A DNA stretch of 64,000 bases, taken from Octopus sinensis (lineage: Eukaryota). Both the position numbers and the translations under genes were made by a program. The DNA lies in NCBI RefSeq assembly GCF_006345805.1, contig NC_043006.1:90954001-91018000 (forward strand). The letters run 5' to 3'. This document shows, in pieces, positions 51,976-63,972 of this stretch (its first letter is position 1; each line of letters starts with the position of its first letter). Below the pieces are notes generated by a model. The model was not told where the DNA came from, ran no database searches, and saw nothing but the letters and a program-made list of their open reading frames with translations.

Positions 51976-54900
51976 ATGTGCCACCGACACAGGTGCCAGA
52001 TGAGGCTGGCGAACGGCCATGATCGGATGGTGTTTGTTACGTGCCCACAGCACGGAGGCCGGTCGATGCGGAACTGGCTACGGCCACGTTCGGATGGTTC
52101 TCTTGTGTGCCACCGGCACTGGTACCACAAAGATACAGATTCCATTGATGTTCATCTATTTTGATTTGTTTTGATTTTGATTTTCACTTGCCTCAACAGG
52201 TCGTCACAAGTGTCACAAGAAGGAAGGTATGCACAGGTGGACTGACTACGTCCCAGGTAGGGGCCATGGGTTATGGCCTGACTAGTCTTGCCGGTCTTCG
52301 GATGGTGTTTTTATGTGCCACCGACACAGGGCTAGATGAGGCTGGCGAACGGCCACGATCAGATGGTGTTGTCATGTGCCCACAGCACGGAGGCCAGTCG
52401 ATGCGGTACTGGCTACGGCCACTTCGGATGGTTTTCTCTTGTGTGCCACCGGCACTGGTACCACAAAGATACAAATTCCATTGATGTTCATCTATTTTGA
52501 TTTGTTTTGATTTGATTTTGATTTTCACTTGCCTCAACAAGCCTTCACAAGTATTACAAGGAGGAAGGTATGCACAGGTGGACTGACTACGTCCCAGGTA
52601 GGGGCCATGGGTTATGGCCTGACTAGTCTTGCCGGGTCTTCGGATGGTGTTTTTATGTGCACCGACACAGGTGCTAGATGAGGCTGGCGAACGGCCACGA
52701 CCGGATGGTTTGTTATGTGCCACAGCACGATGGCCAGTGATGCGGTACTGACTACGGCCATGTTCGGATGGATTCTTGTGTGCCACCGGCACTGGTACCA
52801 CAAGCGGTACTGACTACTTTTTATGTGCCACCGACACAGGTGCTAGATGAGGCTGGCGAACGGCCACGACCGGATGGTGTTTGTTATGTGCCCACAGCAC
52901 GATGGCCAGTGATGCGGTACTGACTACGGCCACGTTCGGATGGATTCTTGTGTGCCACCGGCACTGGTACCACAAAGATACAAATCCATTGATGTTCATC
53001 TATTTTGATTTGTTTTGATTTTCACTTGCCTCAACAGGTCTTCACAAGTGTCGCAAGAAGGACGGTATGTACAGGTGGACTGACTACGTCCCAGGTAGGG
53101 CCCACGGGTTATGACCTGACTAGTCTTGCCGGGTCTTCGGATGGTGTTTTTATGTGCCACCATGTTCCCACAGCACGGAGGCGAGTCGATGCGGTACTGG
53201 CTACGGCCACGTTCGGATGGTTTTCTTGTGTGCCACAGGCACTGGTACCACAAAGATACAATTCCATTGATGTTCATCTATTTTGATTTGATTTTCACTT
53301 GCCTCAGCAGGTCTTCACAAGTGTCACAAGAAGGAAGGTATGCACAGGTGGATCGACTACGTCGCAGGTAGGGGCCACGGGATATGGCCTGACTAGTCCA
53401 GCCGGGTCCTCTCATGCACAGCACACTTCCATAGGACTCGGTCTTCAGTCATTTCCTTGGTGAGACCTAAAGTTCGAAGGTCGTGCTTCACCACCTCGTC
53501 CCAGGTTTTCCTGGGTACCTCTTCCACAGGTTCCCTCAACTGCTAGGGTGTAGCACTTTTGCACACAACTATCTTCAGCCATTCTCGTCACATGACCATA
53601 CCAGCGCAGCCGTCTCTCTTGCACACCACAACTGACACTTCTTAGGTTCAACTTTTCTCTCAAAGTACTTACACTCTGACGATTATGAACACTGACATTA
53701 CACATCCATCGGAGCATACTGGCTTCATTTCTTGCAAGCTTACGCATATCCTCAGCTGTCACGGCCCATGTTTCACTACCATGTAGCATGGCTGTACGTA
53801 CACACGCATCATATAGTCTGCCTTTTACTCTTAGCGAGAGGCCTTTTGTCACCAGCAGGGGTAAGAGCTCTCTAAACTTTGCCCAGGCTATTCTTACTCT
53901 AGCAGTTACACTTTCAGCACACCTTGGTCTCCTAGGTAGCGGAAGCTATCAACTACTTCTAGTTTGTCTCCCTGGAACGTGGTAGAAGTTGGTCTCTGCA
54001 CATTTCCACTGTTTATTTCTCTTGAGCATCTGCCACAGACAAAAACTATTTTCTTAGTTAGCCTTCCTTTGACATTGCTGCACCTCTTATGTGTCCATAG
54101 CTTACACTTGGTGCACCTTATAGAGTTTCTACCTACACCTTTTTTACAGATCGAGCAGGGCCATCTACCTGAAGTCGTTTGTGGTTGGTCCACCTTCCTA
54201 CTTATTAGGACTTTGGTTTTGGCTAGGTTTATTCTAAGGCCCTTCGATTCTAATCCTTGTTTCCACACCTGAAACTTTTCTCTCCAGTTCTGATAGTGAC
54301 TCAGCAATTAGAGCAAGGTCATCAGCATATAGGAGCTCCCAGGGGCATCCTGTCTTAAATTCTTCCGTTATTGCCTGGAGGACTATGATAAATAGGAGGG
54401 GGCTGAGGACTGAACCTTGGTGGACCCCAACCTCTACCCGGAATTCTTCACTGTACTCGTTGCCAACCCTCACCTTACTAGCTGCGTCTCTGTACATGGC
54501 TCGCACAGCTCTCACTAACCATTCATCTATCCCTAGTTTCCTCATTGACCACCAGATAAGGGATCGGGGGGCCCTGTCAAAGGCTTTCTCTAAGTCAACA
54601 AAAGCCAGGTACAAGGGCTTACCTTTGGCTAGGTATTTCTCCTGCAGCTGTCTTACCAGGAATATAGCATCAGTAGTACTTTTCCCTGGCACGAACCCAA
54701 ACTGCATATCATCTAAGCTAACTCTCTCTCTAATTAACTGGGCTATAACCCTCTCCATAACCTTCATTACCTGATCCAACAGCTTGATGCCCCTGTAGTT
54801 ATTTGTATCTAGGGCATCGCCTTTACCTTTGTAGCAGTTGACTATTATGCTGCTACACCAGTCATTGGGTATGACTCCTTCGTGTATCACCTGGTTAACT

Positions 54901-56340
54901 ATACGGATGACTATGCTATAGCCGACACTACCAGATATTTTGAGCATCTCTGCAGTAATTCCTGATGGGCCTGGGGCTTTCCCTGTCTTCATGCTTCTAA
55001 TTGCCTTAGCTACCACGGAACTATCAACTCGGATAGCTGGTCCCTCTGTTGGGTCAACATTCGGCAGACTCTCTTTATCCCATTCATTTTCCTCATTCAG
55101 CAACCTTTCATAGTGGCGTCTCCAAGCTTCTCTCTTTGCATCCTCATTTAGCGCAAGTGAACCATCCTCCATGCGAACACATTTCTCTCCTACCACATCT
55201 CGATTCTCTCTCACAGACTGTCTTGCAACACGAAATACCTCAAGTCTTTCATCCTCACGGCGCAGGACATTGGCAAATTTTCTTTTATCTGCTTCCCCTC
55301 TGGCTAGATAGACCTGTCTCCTGGCTTCCCTTCTGGCAGTCTGATACACTTCCCTGCTACCACCGTTCTTCCAGGCCTTCCAAGCCTGTTTCTTTTGTCT
55401 AATAGCCCTATCAACAATATTGTTCCACCACCATGTTATTTTGGGTCTTAAGGGGACTTTGCACCAGCCACAGATCTGGTCAGCAGCTTTCAGCAGGTTG
55501 TCCCTCAGAAACGTCCAGTTGTCTTCTACCCCATGTGTAGCTATACCCCCTTCCACTTCGTCAAAGGCTTCAAGTAACATATCTCTAAATCTCTGTCCAT
55601 TCGCAGGGTCTTTAAGCTTCCAGACCCTTCTTCTCCATGTTGGTCGTCTTCTAGTCGCCCTCTTAGTCCTGATCCTAAAGTCACTAACTACCAGTCTATG
55701 TTGTGGGGTGCATTCTTCGCCTGGGAAGGTTTTGGCATTGATAAGCAGCCATCTTTCCCTTTTTCTGGCGAGGATGTAGTCGATTTGGCTAGTATGCCGG
55801 CCCGATCGGTAGGTGACCAGGTGGCTTGTTGGTTTCCTGAAGTTAGTGTTGCAGATCATAAGACTATTCGCATCGCAGAACTCCAGCAGCCTGGTTCCCT
55901 CCTCGTTGCGGGAACCATAACCGTAGCCTCCATGCACGCCATGGAAGCCCCCAGCATGTCGTCCAACATGCCCATTGAAATCACCAGCCACAAAGAGAAG
56001 GTCCCTGTCGTTCGTCAATGAGGTGGTCTGCAGTAGGGTGTCATAGAAACTGTCTTTCTGTCCATCGGGTAGCCCTGGCTGAGGGCATAGGCCGATATAA
56101 TGGTTGCTAATCTATTATGAAGCACTATTCTAATCTTAAGTATTCTGTCACTTACTCTGATTACCTCAATTATTCTATCTATCCATTTCTCAGCGATAAG
56201 TATACCCACGCCACCAACCCCGTCAGTGTTCCCTGCCCAGAAAATCTTGTACCTGTGTTCCTTGCCTGTGAGGAACCTAGCAGATCCTCCTCTCCACCTT
56301 ATTTCTTGCATACAACATACGTCAACACGTCTCCGTTCAA
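51975..56340 (-). mobile_element. Near-complete RTE-clade non-LTR retrotransposon (APE endonuclease + reverse transcriptase), about 4 frameshifts, 5' end and terminal 3' tail missing
   Basis: Consecutive ORF pieces 56015-56311, 54234-56018, 53906-54307 and 53445-53852 join into one protein. APE motifs: CMQEIRW, VAGDFNGHVG, SQIDYIL. RT motifs: NYRGIKLL, QFGFVPGKSTTDA, AFVDLEKAFD, GVHQGSVLSPLLF, LLYADDL. RTE-type C-terminus: RLRWYGHV...RKTWDEVVK. Followed by a repetitive 3' UTR. Confidence 0.95.
54234..56018 (-). CDS. Largest open segment (594 aa) of the RTE APE-RT polyprotein
   Basis: ORF track translation contains the APE C-terminal half and RT domains up to YADD. Confidence 0.9.
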   Translation of the reverse strand: MTNDRDLLFVAGDFNGHVGRHAGGFHGVHGGYGYGSRNEEGTRLLEFCDANSLMICNTNFRKPTSHLVTYRSGRHTSQIDYILARKRERWLLINAKTFPGEECTPQHRLVVSDFRIRTKRATRRRPTWRRRVWKLKDPANGQRFRDMLLEAFDEVEGGIATHGVEDNWTFLRDNLLKAADQICGWCKVPLRPKITWWWNNIVDRAIRQKKQAWKAWKNGGSREVYQTARREARRQVYLARGEADKRKFANVLRREDERLEVFRVARQSVRENRDVVGEKCVRMEDGSLALNEDAKREAWRRHYERLLNEENEWDKESLPNVDPTEGPAIRVDSSVVAKAIRSMKTGKAPGPSGITAEMLKISGSVGYSIVIRIVNQVIHEGVIPNDWCSSIIVNCYKGKGDALDTNNYRGIKLLDQVMKVMERVIAQLIRERVSLDDMQFGFVPGKSTTDAIFLVRQLQEKYLAKGKPLYLAFVDLEKAFDRAPRSLIWWSMRKLGIDEWLVRAVRAMYRDAASKVRVGNEYSEEFRVEVGVHQGSVLSPLLFIIVLQAITEEFKTGCPWELLYADDLALIAESLSELERKVSGVETRIRIEGP

Positions 56341-56355
56341 ATAATATATATATAT

Positions 56356-56387
<32 letters not shown>

Positions 56388-56390
56388 ATA

Positions 56391-56421
<31 letters not shown>

Positions 56422-56431
56422 AATATATTTA

Positions 56432-56470
<39 letters not shown>

Positions 56471-56502
56471 TAATATATATATATAATATATAATATATAT
56501 AT

Positions 56503-56534
<32 letters not shown>

Positions 56535-56715
56535 ATATAATATATATATATAATATATTAATATATATATATATATAATGTATATATATATATATATATA
56601 ATGTATATATATATATATATAATATATATATATATATATAATATATATATATATATATAATATATTTAATATATATATATATAATATATATATATAGATA
56701 TATATATATATATGT
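56341..56715. repeat. Imperfect (AT)n array
   Basis: Direct inspection. Confidence 0.95.
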
Positions 56716-56850
56716 ATCATCATCGTTTAACATCCGTTTTCCGCGCTAGCATGGGTTGGACGGTTCGACCGAGGTCTGGGAAGCCGGGGCCAGACCAGGC
56801 TCCAGTCTGATCTGGCAGAGTTTCTACAGCTGGATGCCCTTCCTAACGCC
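56716..56850 (-). mobile_element. Isolated RTE terminal 3' tail (about 135 bp)
   Basis: catcatcgtttaacatccgttttcc...cttcctaacgccaa, bounded by AT runs. Confidence 0.88.
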
Positions 56851-56865
56851 AATATATTTATATAT

Positions 56866-57735
56866 AAGCTTTGGACACACAAAAGGTGCAGCAATATCAG
56901 AGGAAGGTTAATAGGGAAACCAGCTTTTGTATGTGGAAGATGAACAGGTGCAATAAATGTTGAAAATGGGCAGAAAATAGCCTCCATCAACTGCCAGGGG
57001 TGCAAGGTGGAGGTAGTAGATAGCTTCCATATCTAGATGACCAAGTTAGAATTGGAGGTGGATACTCTGAGGGCATAGCTGAAAGAATAAGACGAGGCTG
57101 GCCAAAGTTCAGTGAGCTCCTACCCCTGCTGGCAACAAAGGTAGATTGTTTGATGCCTGTGTGCAAACAGCTCTGCTGCATGACAGTGAAACATGGGTTG
57201 TGACAGCTGAGGACATGTGTAGGATTGAAAGAAATGAAGCCAGTATGCTTTGCTGGATGTGCAATGTCAGTGTACATGTTCAAAAGTGTGTGACTATCAT
57301 GAGAGAAAAGTTAGACATAAGAGGCTTTATATATGATGTGCAATGGAAACACTGTGCTGGTATGGTGCATATGGATGAGGACAGCTGTGTAAAGAAGTGC
57401 CTCACAGAGACAAAGTGGCTGAGTTCCTTTCAAGTGTTGGGCCTCACGGAGGCAGTGACCGAGACCGTCAGCCTTACATCATGCTTGAGAAAACTCATCA
57501 AACTGAGCCAAATCACTGTCATGACAGATACCAGCGTCACGCAAATTGGCACCCCTGCCGGTGGCATGTAAAAGCACTCATTACAATTTCAGAGTGCTTG
57601 GTGTTAGGAAGAGCATCCAGCTATAGAAAACTATGCCAAATTAGATTGGAGTCTGGTGAAACCTTTCAGCATGCCTGTGTGGTCAAACTGTCCAACCCAT
57701 GCCAGCATTGACAACAGACATTATATGATGATGAT
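56866..57735 (+). mobile_element. Older diverged RTE fragment (post-RT region to 3' tail)
   Basis: LFDACVQTALLHDSETWVVTAEDM and DEDSCVKKC match the RTE C-terminus; tail ...ccaacccatgccagcattgacaacagacattatatgatgatg. Confidence 0.85.
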
Positions 57736-58598
57736 GTATGTATGTATATCTATATTCCCATCAAAATCTTCAATAATTGCTGCTTTTCCATTTACCTTTG
57801 CATTGTAGAAATTATAAAAAAAATTTTATTGTTGAGACCATCCATTATGTGTCACAAAAGCTTGTGTTTGTGGATTATAGGTGCGTTCTTTGGAAGCAGC
57901 TCTTTATTTTAGCCTGTATGGTATAGGTTTAGCCTGTGTTAATGTTGTATCATTGAAAACTTGTGTTGCTGTTGTTACTTTTGTTAAATAACTTAGCTGT
58001 GTCATACAAGCTTCAGAAGTCAAAAAGTATTTTTGCCTTCTCACTAATCTCATATTTTATCAATGACTATTTAATGCTGAAATTCCATGTTAAGCTATCA
58101 ATCAAAATACACTTGTGTTATCTGAACATTTAAGCATATATGAAGCTGTCTAGAAAGAATTGTTAGCGATTAAGTTTAAATTTTAAGATATTAACGTGGG
58201 TGCACATGTGCACATTTAACATTTCAGTTAAATAACAAAACTATTATAACAGTTCAAAGACTTCTTAATTTTTATTTAAAAAAAAAAACATTTATTCAAA
58301 TTTTGATTGGATCAACAACTTGAATCATTGCATTTTCTTCTCTTGAAGACTTTATACTCCAAACAATAAAAACTTATTTATGCTAAGCAAACAAGCGCTA
58401 CTGCAGTGAATAGTTAGTTGCTTCATATTTTCTAACTGGGGTATTTTAAGGGAGTAACAGTTTGTGATATTTTGAGGAGGAAGAAAAATAACTGGAATTG
58501 TTATATTGTGCTTGTGATAGTTTGTCCCAACAGGTTATAAAGCAGTGTAAGTTACAGAACTGGGAATTGAAATGGAGTCCCACTGGAGGAAGCCTTAC

Positions 58599-58627
58599 CT
58601 CCTACTTGGTTTCACATGACAGAGACT
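58599..58627 (-). CDS. Candidate 29-nt exon (SLCHVKPSR)
   Basis: Acceptor tatttattttatag, donor GAG|gtaagg. Confidence 0.25.
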
Positions 58628-60039
58628 CTATAAAATAAATATATTTTCATATATTACGATTAATGTAATCCTATAAATAAAAAAGAAAGAAAGGGAAATG
58701 ATTATAGACAATTGTCCAATTTAGTAGCATGACTCATGAATAGGTATTATTTATTCTAGTTTTACAGTCGATAATAATATTTTCAAACAATCAATTTTAT
58801 TTCTGAATATGCATTCATTTTTAGAAAATAATTCCTTTTGTCTTCTATATATGTATATATATATTATTTTTTTAATCTTTGAAAAGAATCATATAAAATA
58901 TTTTAAAGATTTCTTATATTAAATGAGCTTCATTCCAGACAAGTGGCTCCAAAATAAACGGCTTCTGTCTCCTCTAGCAAGTCTTTAAAACTTTTTTTTT
59001 TTTTTTACTATTTCATCATCCCTGCTTCATTTAGTTTATTATTAGTTCTATCAATCTATTTTATTGCACTCATTTATTGGCTATATCCTCTACCCCTCCT
59101 TAAAACGTCATTACCCGTCAGAAAACCTATTTGATATTTGTATTAGCAAACCCAGAGGCCAAGTCAATAAATGAATATACTAACAAGCATTGTACACTTT
59201 CTCTTTTCAAACTGCTCTTTTGGAGGAAGAGTAGAAATATAGTATCAATAAATAAACACTTTCTCTATGCTCTGCTTTAAATTTACATATATCTTTTAGT
59301 TCTTTTCCTGCCGCCACTTTGCTTCTGTTCATTCATTATCTGTCCTTAGAGTTCAATACTGGTAATTTGATTGCTACTTGTAGTGAAGTGGGAATGATAT
59401 TTTTTGTCTCTTTATATCAGAAATAATGGCCTTTAAGGTCTGCCAGTTCAGGATACAGAACAACTGATGCATTCATTTGCTTTTTTCTGACTTTATTCTG
59501 ACTTGTTGCCACCAGTCAAACTGGTTAGGAAGATTCAAAAGAAGAAGAAAAAAAGAAGAAAAAAAACGTGTTTCTTGACAAATACTAACACATTTATTTA
59601 TGTAGTTGGAGACGATATAATACAGTACAATACAGTAGTATTATAAACAGTGACACATACACACACAATAATATCAATATCTTCCTGCTTCAGATAATTC
59701 AAAGTTTCATAATCTTGGTTTCACTTCCTTAACAAATATCTATTTTATAGTTTTATTATTGATATTTCCCTGAACTCTCTCTCTCTCTCTACATTACAAG
59801 CTTTATCTTTTACCTCCCCACCTTCCTCTTCTATAGAATCGGTAATCAACAATACTTTCACAACAGGTTTCTTTAACATTATTTCTCTTGTAAGTAATTT
59901 CCTGTGGGTGAATACCATCAACTAATTTTTTATAAGTAAGTTAGTGTTAACATATTTAATGTGTGCAGCATTAAAAAGCTTACTAGAAATAAATGTGCAG
60001 TGATGGTGTAGGGTGGGGACAATATTCTTTCATTTGTTT

Positions 60040-60380
60040 CACTCATTGAACTGGGGTCATGCTGGGGCACAACCTTGAAAAGTTTAGTCAAATAAATTGA
60101 CCTCTATACTTTTCTTAAAGGTTGGAACTTATTTTGTAGATCTCTTTTGCCAAACTGGTAAGTTAGGGGACATAAACATAACAACACCGGTTTTAAGTGG
60201 TGAAGGGCATACACAAAGATGTACACATATATGCAATGAGCTTCAGCACTATTTCCATCCACCTAATTCACTCAGAATGGATAGGTCAGCTCAAGGCTAT
60301 TGGAGGCGACACATGCCCAATGTGCTGTGCAGTAGGACTGAATCTGAAACTACTTGAACTTCTTAACCACACAGCCATGT
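60040..60380 (-). mobile_element. Diverged copy of the composite SINE
   Basis: Collinear with 36850-37265. Confidence 0.6.
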
Positions 60381-60621
60381 CTTTTTTTCAGGCAAGGGTT
60401 GGGAAATAACTGCAAACACAGTTCATACTTATTCTTACTTCATTTATGAGGCATGGCCTTCATCAGTTTGCAGAAGTAGTGATAAACCAATGACTAAGTG
60501 ATATAAATAGGTTGTTAGGGTTAGGGTTAGATCAGCAAATAAAGAGGAAAAAATAGCACTTCAATTAATGTTAGCATATCTATTATAGGGAGCATTAAAA
60601 GTCTATCAGAATATATAATAA

Positions 60622-61250
60622 TCATCATCATTATCGTTTAACGTCCGTTTTCCATGCTGGCATGGGTTGGACGGTTCGACTGGGATCTGGGAAGTCAGGA
60701 GGCTGCACTAGGCCCCAATCTGATCTGGCAGCGTTTCTACAGCTGAATACCCTTCCTAATGCCAACCACTCTGAGAGTGTAGTGGGTGCTTTTTATGTGC
60801 CACTGGCACAGGGTGTCAGAGGAGCTAGCATCGACCACAATCGGGTGGTGCTTTTTACATGCTACCAGCATGGAAGCCAGTCAATGTGGCACTGGCATCG
60901 GCCATGTTTGGACGGTGCTTATTACGTGTTACCAGCACAGGGCTCACAACTTCCATTTGATTTGATTTTGGTGTTGATGTTCATGTACTTGACTCAGTAG
61001 GTCTCCTCAAGCACGGCATGTCGCCCTACGATCCAAGGTACTTTTGAGTGGACTGGTTATGCGACACTGGCATAGGTTCCAGCTGAACACTCACTTTATT
61101 TGTCAGGTCTTCTCAGTCACAGCATACCTCCAGAGGCCTAGGTCTTTTGTCATTGCCTCCGTGAGGCCCAGCATTCGAAGGTCATGCTTCACCACCTCAT
61201 CCCATGTCTTCCTGGCTCTCCCTCTACCCTGGTTTCCTTCCACTTTTTGG
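60622..61250 (-). mobile_element. RTE 3' fragment
   Basis: Typical tail at 60622-60800 and C-terminal coding remnant (gtcatgcttcaccacctcatcccatgtc) at about 61140-61240. Confidence 0.87.
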
Positions 61251-62355
61251 GAATGGCACGTATATATATATATAAGGGGATGATATTAGTCACTGAACAA
61301 TATTTTTCATTTTTCCAGCAAGTACTGAGAGAAAACTCTGGAGATATATTTGGTCTTGTATACTTTCCAGTAACAAGACTAAATATGTCGTATGATATTT
61401 ATGACTGTAGGGAAGTAAGGAATGGGTGATAATTTGGTGCCATCCGTTAAGTGTTATGAGGAGTCAGTTAAACATTTTTGCTACTTTCTCATTAAGTTAC
61501 CGTTCCTATTTTGGTGCTTGAGAGGTTAGCAATAGAAAATGCCTCCAGCCACAAATTACTCATTTATTGAAATATTCAAATTTCACAAACCCTGTCAGCC
61601 ATGCTAACATGAGAAAACAATGATTAAATATAAACATTTTTATCAAGTAGCAACATTGATAAATTCTATGAGGATATTTAATTTTTTTTCCAATTATTTT
61701 TACTATAACTTTATAATTTCATACAGTACGTGTGTATGCATGCATGTGTGTGTGTACTGTGCTTGTGTGAGTTTAATTTCTTTCTAGTATAGTTGGGATG
61801 AATTTATATCTTATAGATAACAACACTTGCTAGAACATAGTAATTGTCATTTATCAACAAATCTCTAAAACTGCAAATTTCTTTTATATATAATTTATTC
61901 AAAATGTAAAAAAATTACTCTCTGTATTAAATAATTACTATTTTTTCAGTTAGATTAATTTTTATCAATACTTAAAAAAGAAAAAGTTAATTTGTTGTTT
62001 GTCATTGGCAATCTTCCTTTTTGTGATCATTTTATTGTTTCAGAAGCAAATGTTAATGTTTCTTTATTGTATGGTTGAGAAACTGTGATGCTATCTGAAC
62101 AATTTGTTAATTACTATCTTTGTGTAGTTGTTGTTCAATGGAACAAATAGAGAAACTTTTTCAAACTTTTACACTCATTGTTAATTTGCCATTCTGGGTT
62201 AATTTTCTGCAAGCATCATGTCTGTCTTATTTGAGCAAGTATTCTCTTATATCAAAGTCTTTAAAGGAGGAACTCATTCTTATTTCCCCTACACACACCA
62301 AAAAGGAAAGAAAGTATTCTTCTCATGGAAGACTTTTTTACATTTTGTTTTTGTT

Positions 62356-63536
62356 CTTACCTCTGCTGGTGACAAAAGGCCTCTCGCACAGAGTGAAAGG
62401 CAGACTGTATGATGCGTGTGTACGAACAGCCATGCTACATGGCAGTGAAACATGGGCCGTGACTGCTGAGGATATGCGTAAGCTCACTAGAAATGAAGCC
62501 AGTATGCTCCGATGGATGTGTAATGCCGGTACTCACACTCGGCAGAGTGTAAGTACCTTGAGAGAAAAGCTGGACCTAAGAAGCATCAGTTGTGGTGTGC
62601 AAGAGAGACGTTTGCGCTGGTATGGTCATGTGGCGAGAATGGATGAAGATAGTTGTGTGAAAAAGTGCCACACCCTAGCGGTTGAGGGAACCTGTGGAAG
62701 AGGCAGACCCAGGAAAACCTGGGACGAGGTGGTGAAGCACGACCTTCGAACTTTAGGTCTCACTGAGGAAATGACTAGAGACCGAGACCTCTGGAGTGTG
62801 CTGTGCGCGAGAAGACCCGGCAGGACAAGTGAGTCCACAACCCGTGGCCTTCTACATGGGATGGAGCCAGCCTACGTATGCATACCTTCCCTTCTTGGGA
62901 CACAAAACTCTACTTGTGAAGACGGTGTTGAGGCAAGTGAGGATCAGAATCGAAATCGATCAATGGAAATTGCGGATGTGCTACCAGTGCGGTGGCATGT
63001 CGAAACTCTGCTTGTGAAGACCCATTGAGGCAAGTGAGGATCAGAATCGAAATCGATCAATGGAAATTGCGGATGTGCTACCAGTGCCGGTGGCATGTCG
63101 AAACTCTGCTTGTGAAGACCCATTGAGGCAAGTGAGGATCAGAATCGAAATCGATCAATGGAAATTGCAGATGTGTTACCAGTGCGGTGGCATGTAAGAG
63201 AACTTTCCGTTTCGCGACCGTTGCCAGCACCGCCCCGTTTCGTGTCGTGTCCGTTGCCAGCCTCGCCTGGCCCTCGTGCCGGTGGCACATAAAAAGCACC
63301 ATCCGTTCGTGGCCGTTTGCCAGCTCTGTCTGGCACCAGTGCGGGTGGCACGTAAAAAGCACCCACTACACTCACGGAGTGGTTGGCGTTAGGAAGGGCA
63401 TCCAGCCGTAGAAACACTGCCAGATTTGACTGGGCCTGATGAAGCCTTCTGGCTTCACAGACCCCAGTAGAACCGTCCAACCCATGCTAGCATGGAAAAC
63501 GGACGCTAAACGATGATGATGATGATGATGATGATG
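62356..63536 (+). mobile_element. 5'-truncated young RTE copy (C-terminal coding part + 3' UTR)
   Basis: LPLLVTKGLSHRVKGRLYDA...RPRKTWDEVVKHDLRTLGL within ORF 62120-63028. Its N-terminal part (62120-62355) is unrelated flank. (GAT)n tail. Confidence 0.93.
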
Positions 63537-63614
63537 TTTTACAGCTTTACATCTCTTTGTGTAAAGATATTAAATGCATAGACATGTAACACATCGGAAT
63601 TAGTTTATGTTGTG

Positions 63615-63972
63615 CATCATCATCGTTTAACGTCCGTTCTCCATGCTAGCATGGGTTGGACGGTTCGACAGAGGATCTGGGAAGCCAGAAGGCTGCACCA
63701 GGCTCCAGTCTTATCTGGCAATGTTTCTACAGCTGGATGCCCTTCCTAACGCCAACCACTCCGTGAGTGTAGTGGGTGCTTTTTACGTGCCACCTGCACA
63801 GGTGTCAGGCGAGGCTGGCAACGGCCACGGTCGGATTGGTGTATTTTATGTGCCACCGGCACAGAAGCCAGTCGAGGCGGCGCTGGCATCGGCCACGAGT
63901 CGGATAGTTCTTTTTACGTACCACCAGACCAGGGATCCTGGCTGGTTCAATTCGATTTCGATTTCGCTTTCG
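63615..63972 (-). mobile_element. RTE 3' UTR fragment, tail-to-tail with the preceding copy
   Basis: catcatcgtttaacgtccgttctccatgctagcatgggttggacgg... is the reverse complement of 63330-63536. Confidence 0.9.

Noticed and set aside
54385-56021. Plus-strand ORFs of 100-130 aa opposite the RTE ORF
   Set aside because: Antisense shadows of the RT coding sequence.
59285-59520. Strong polypyrimidine acceptor (minus) and a WD40-like FNTGNLIATCSE (plus)
   Set aside because: All minus frames are interrupted, and the plus-strand segment has only a weak donor and a nearby stop.
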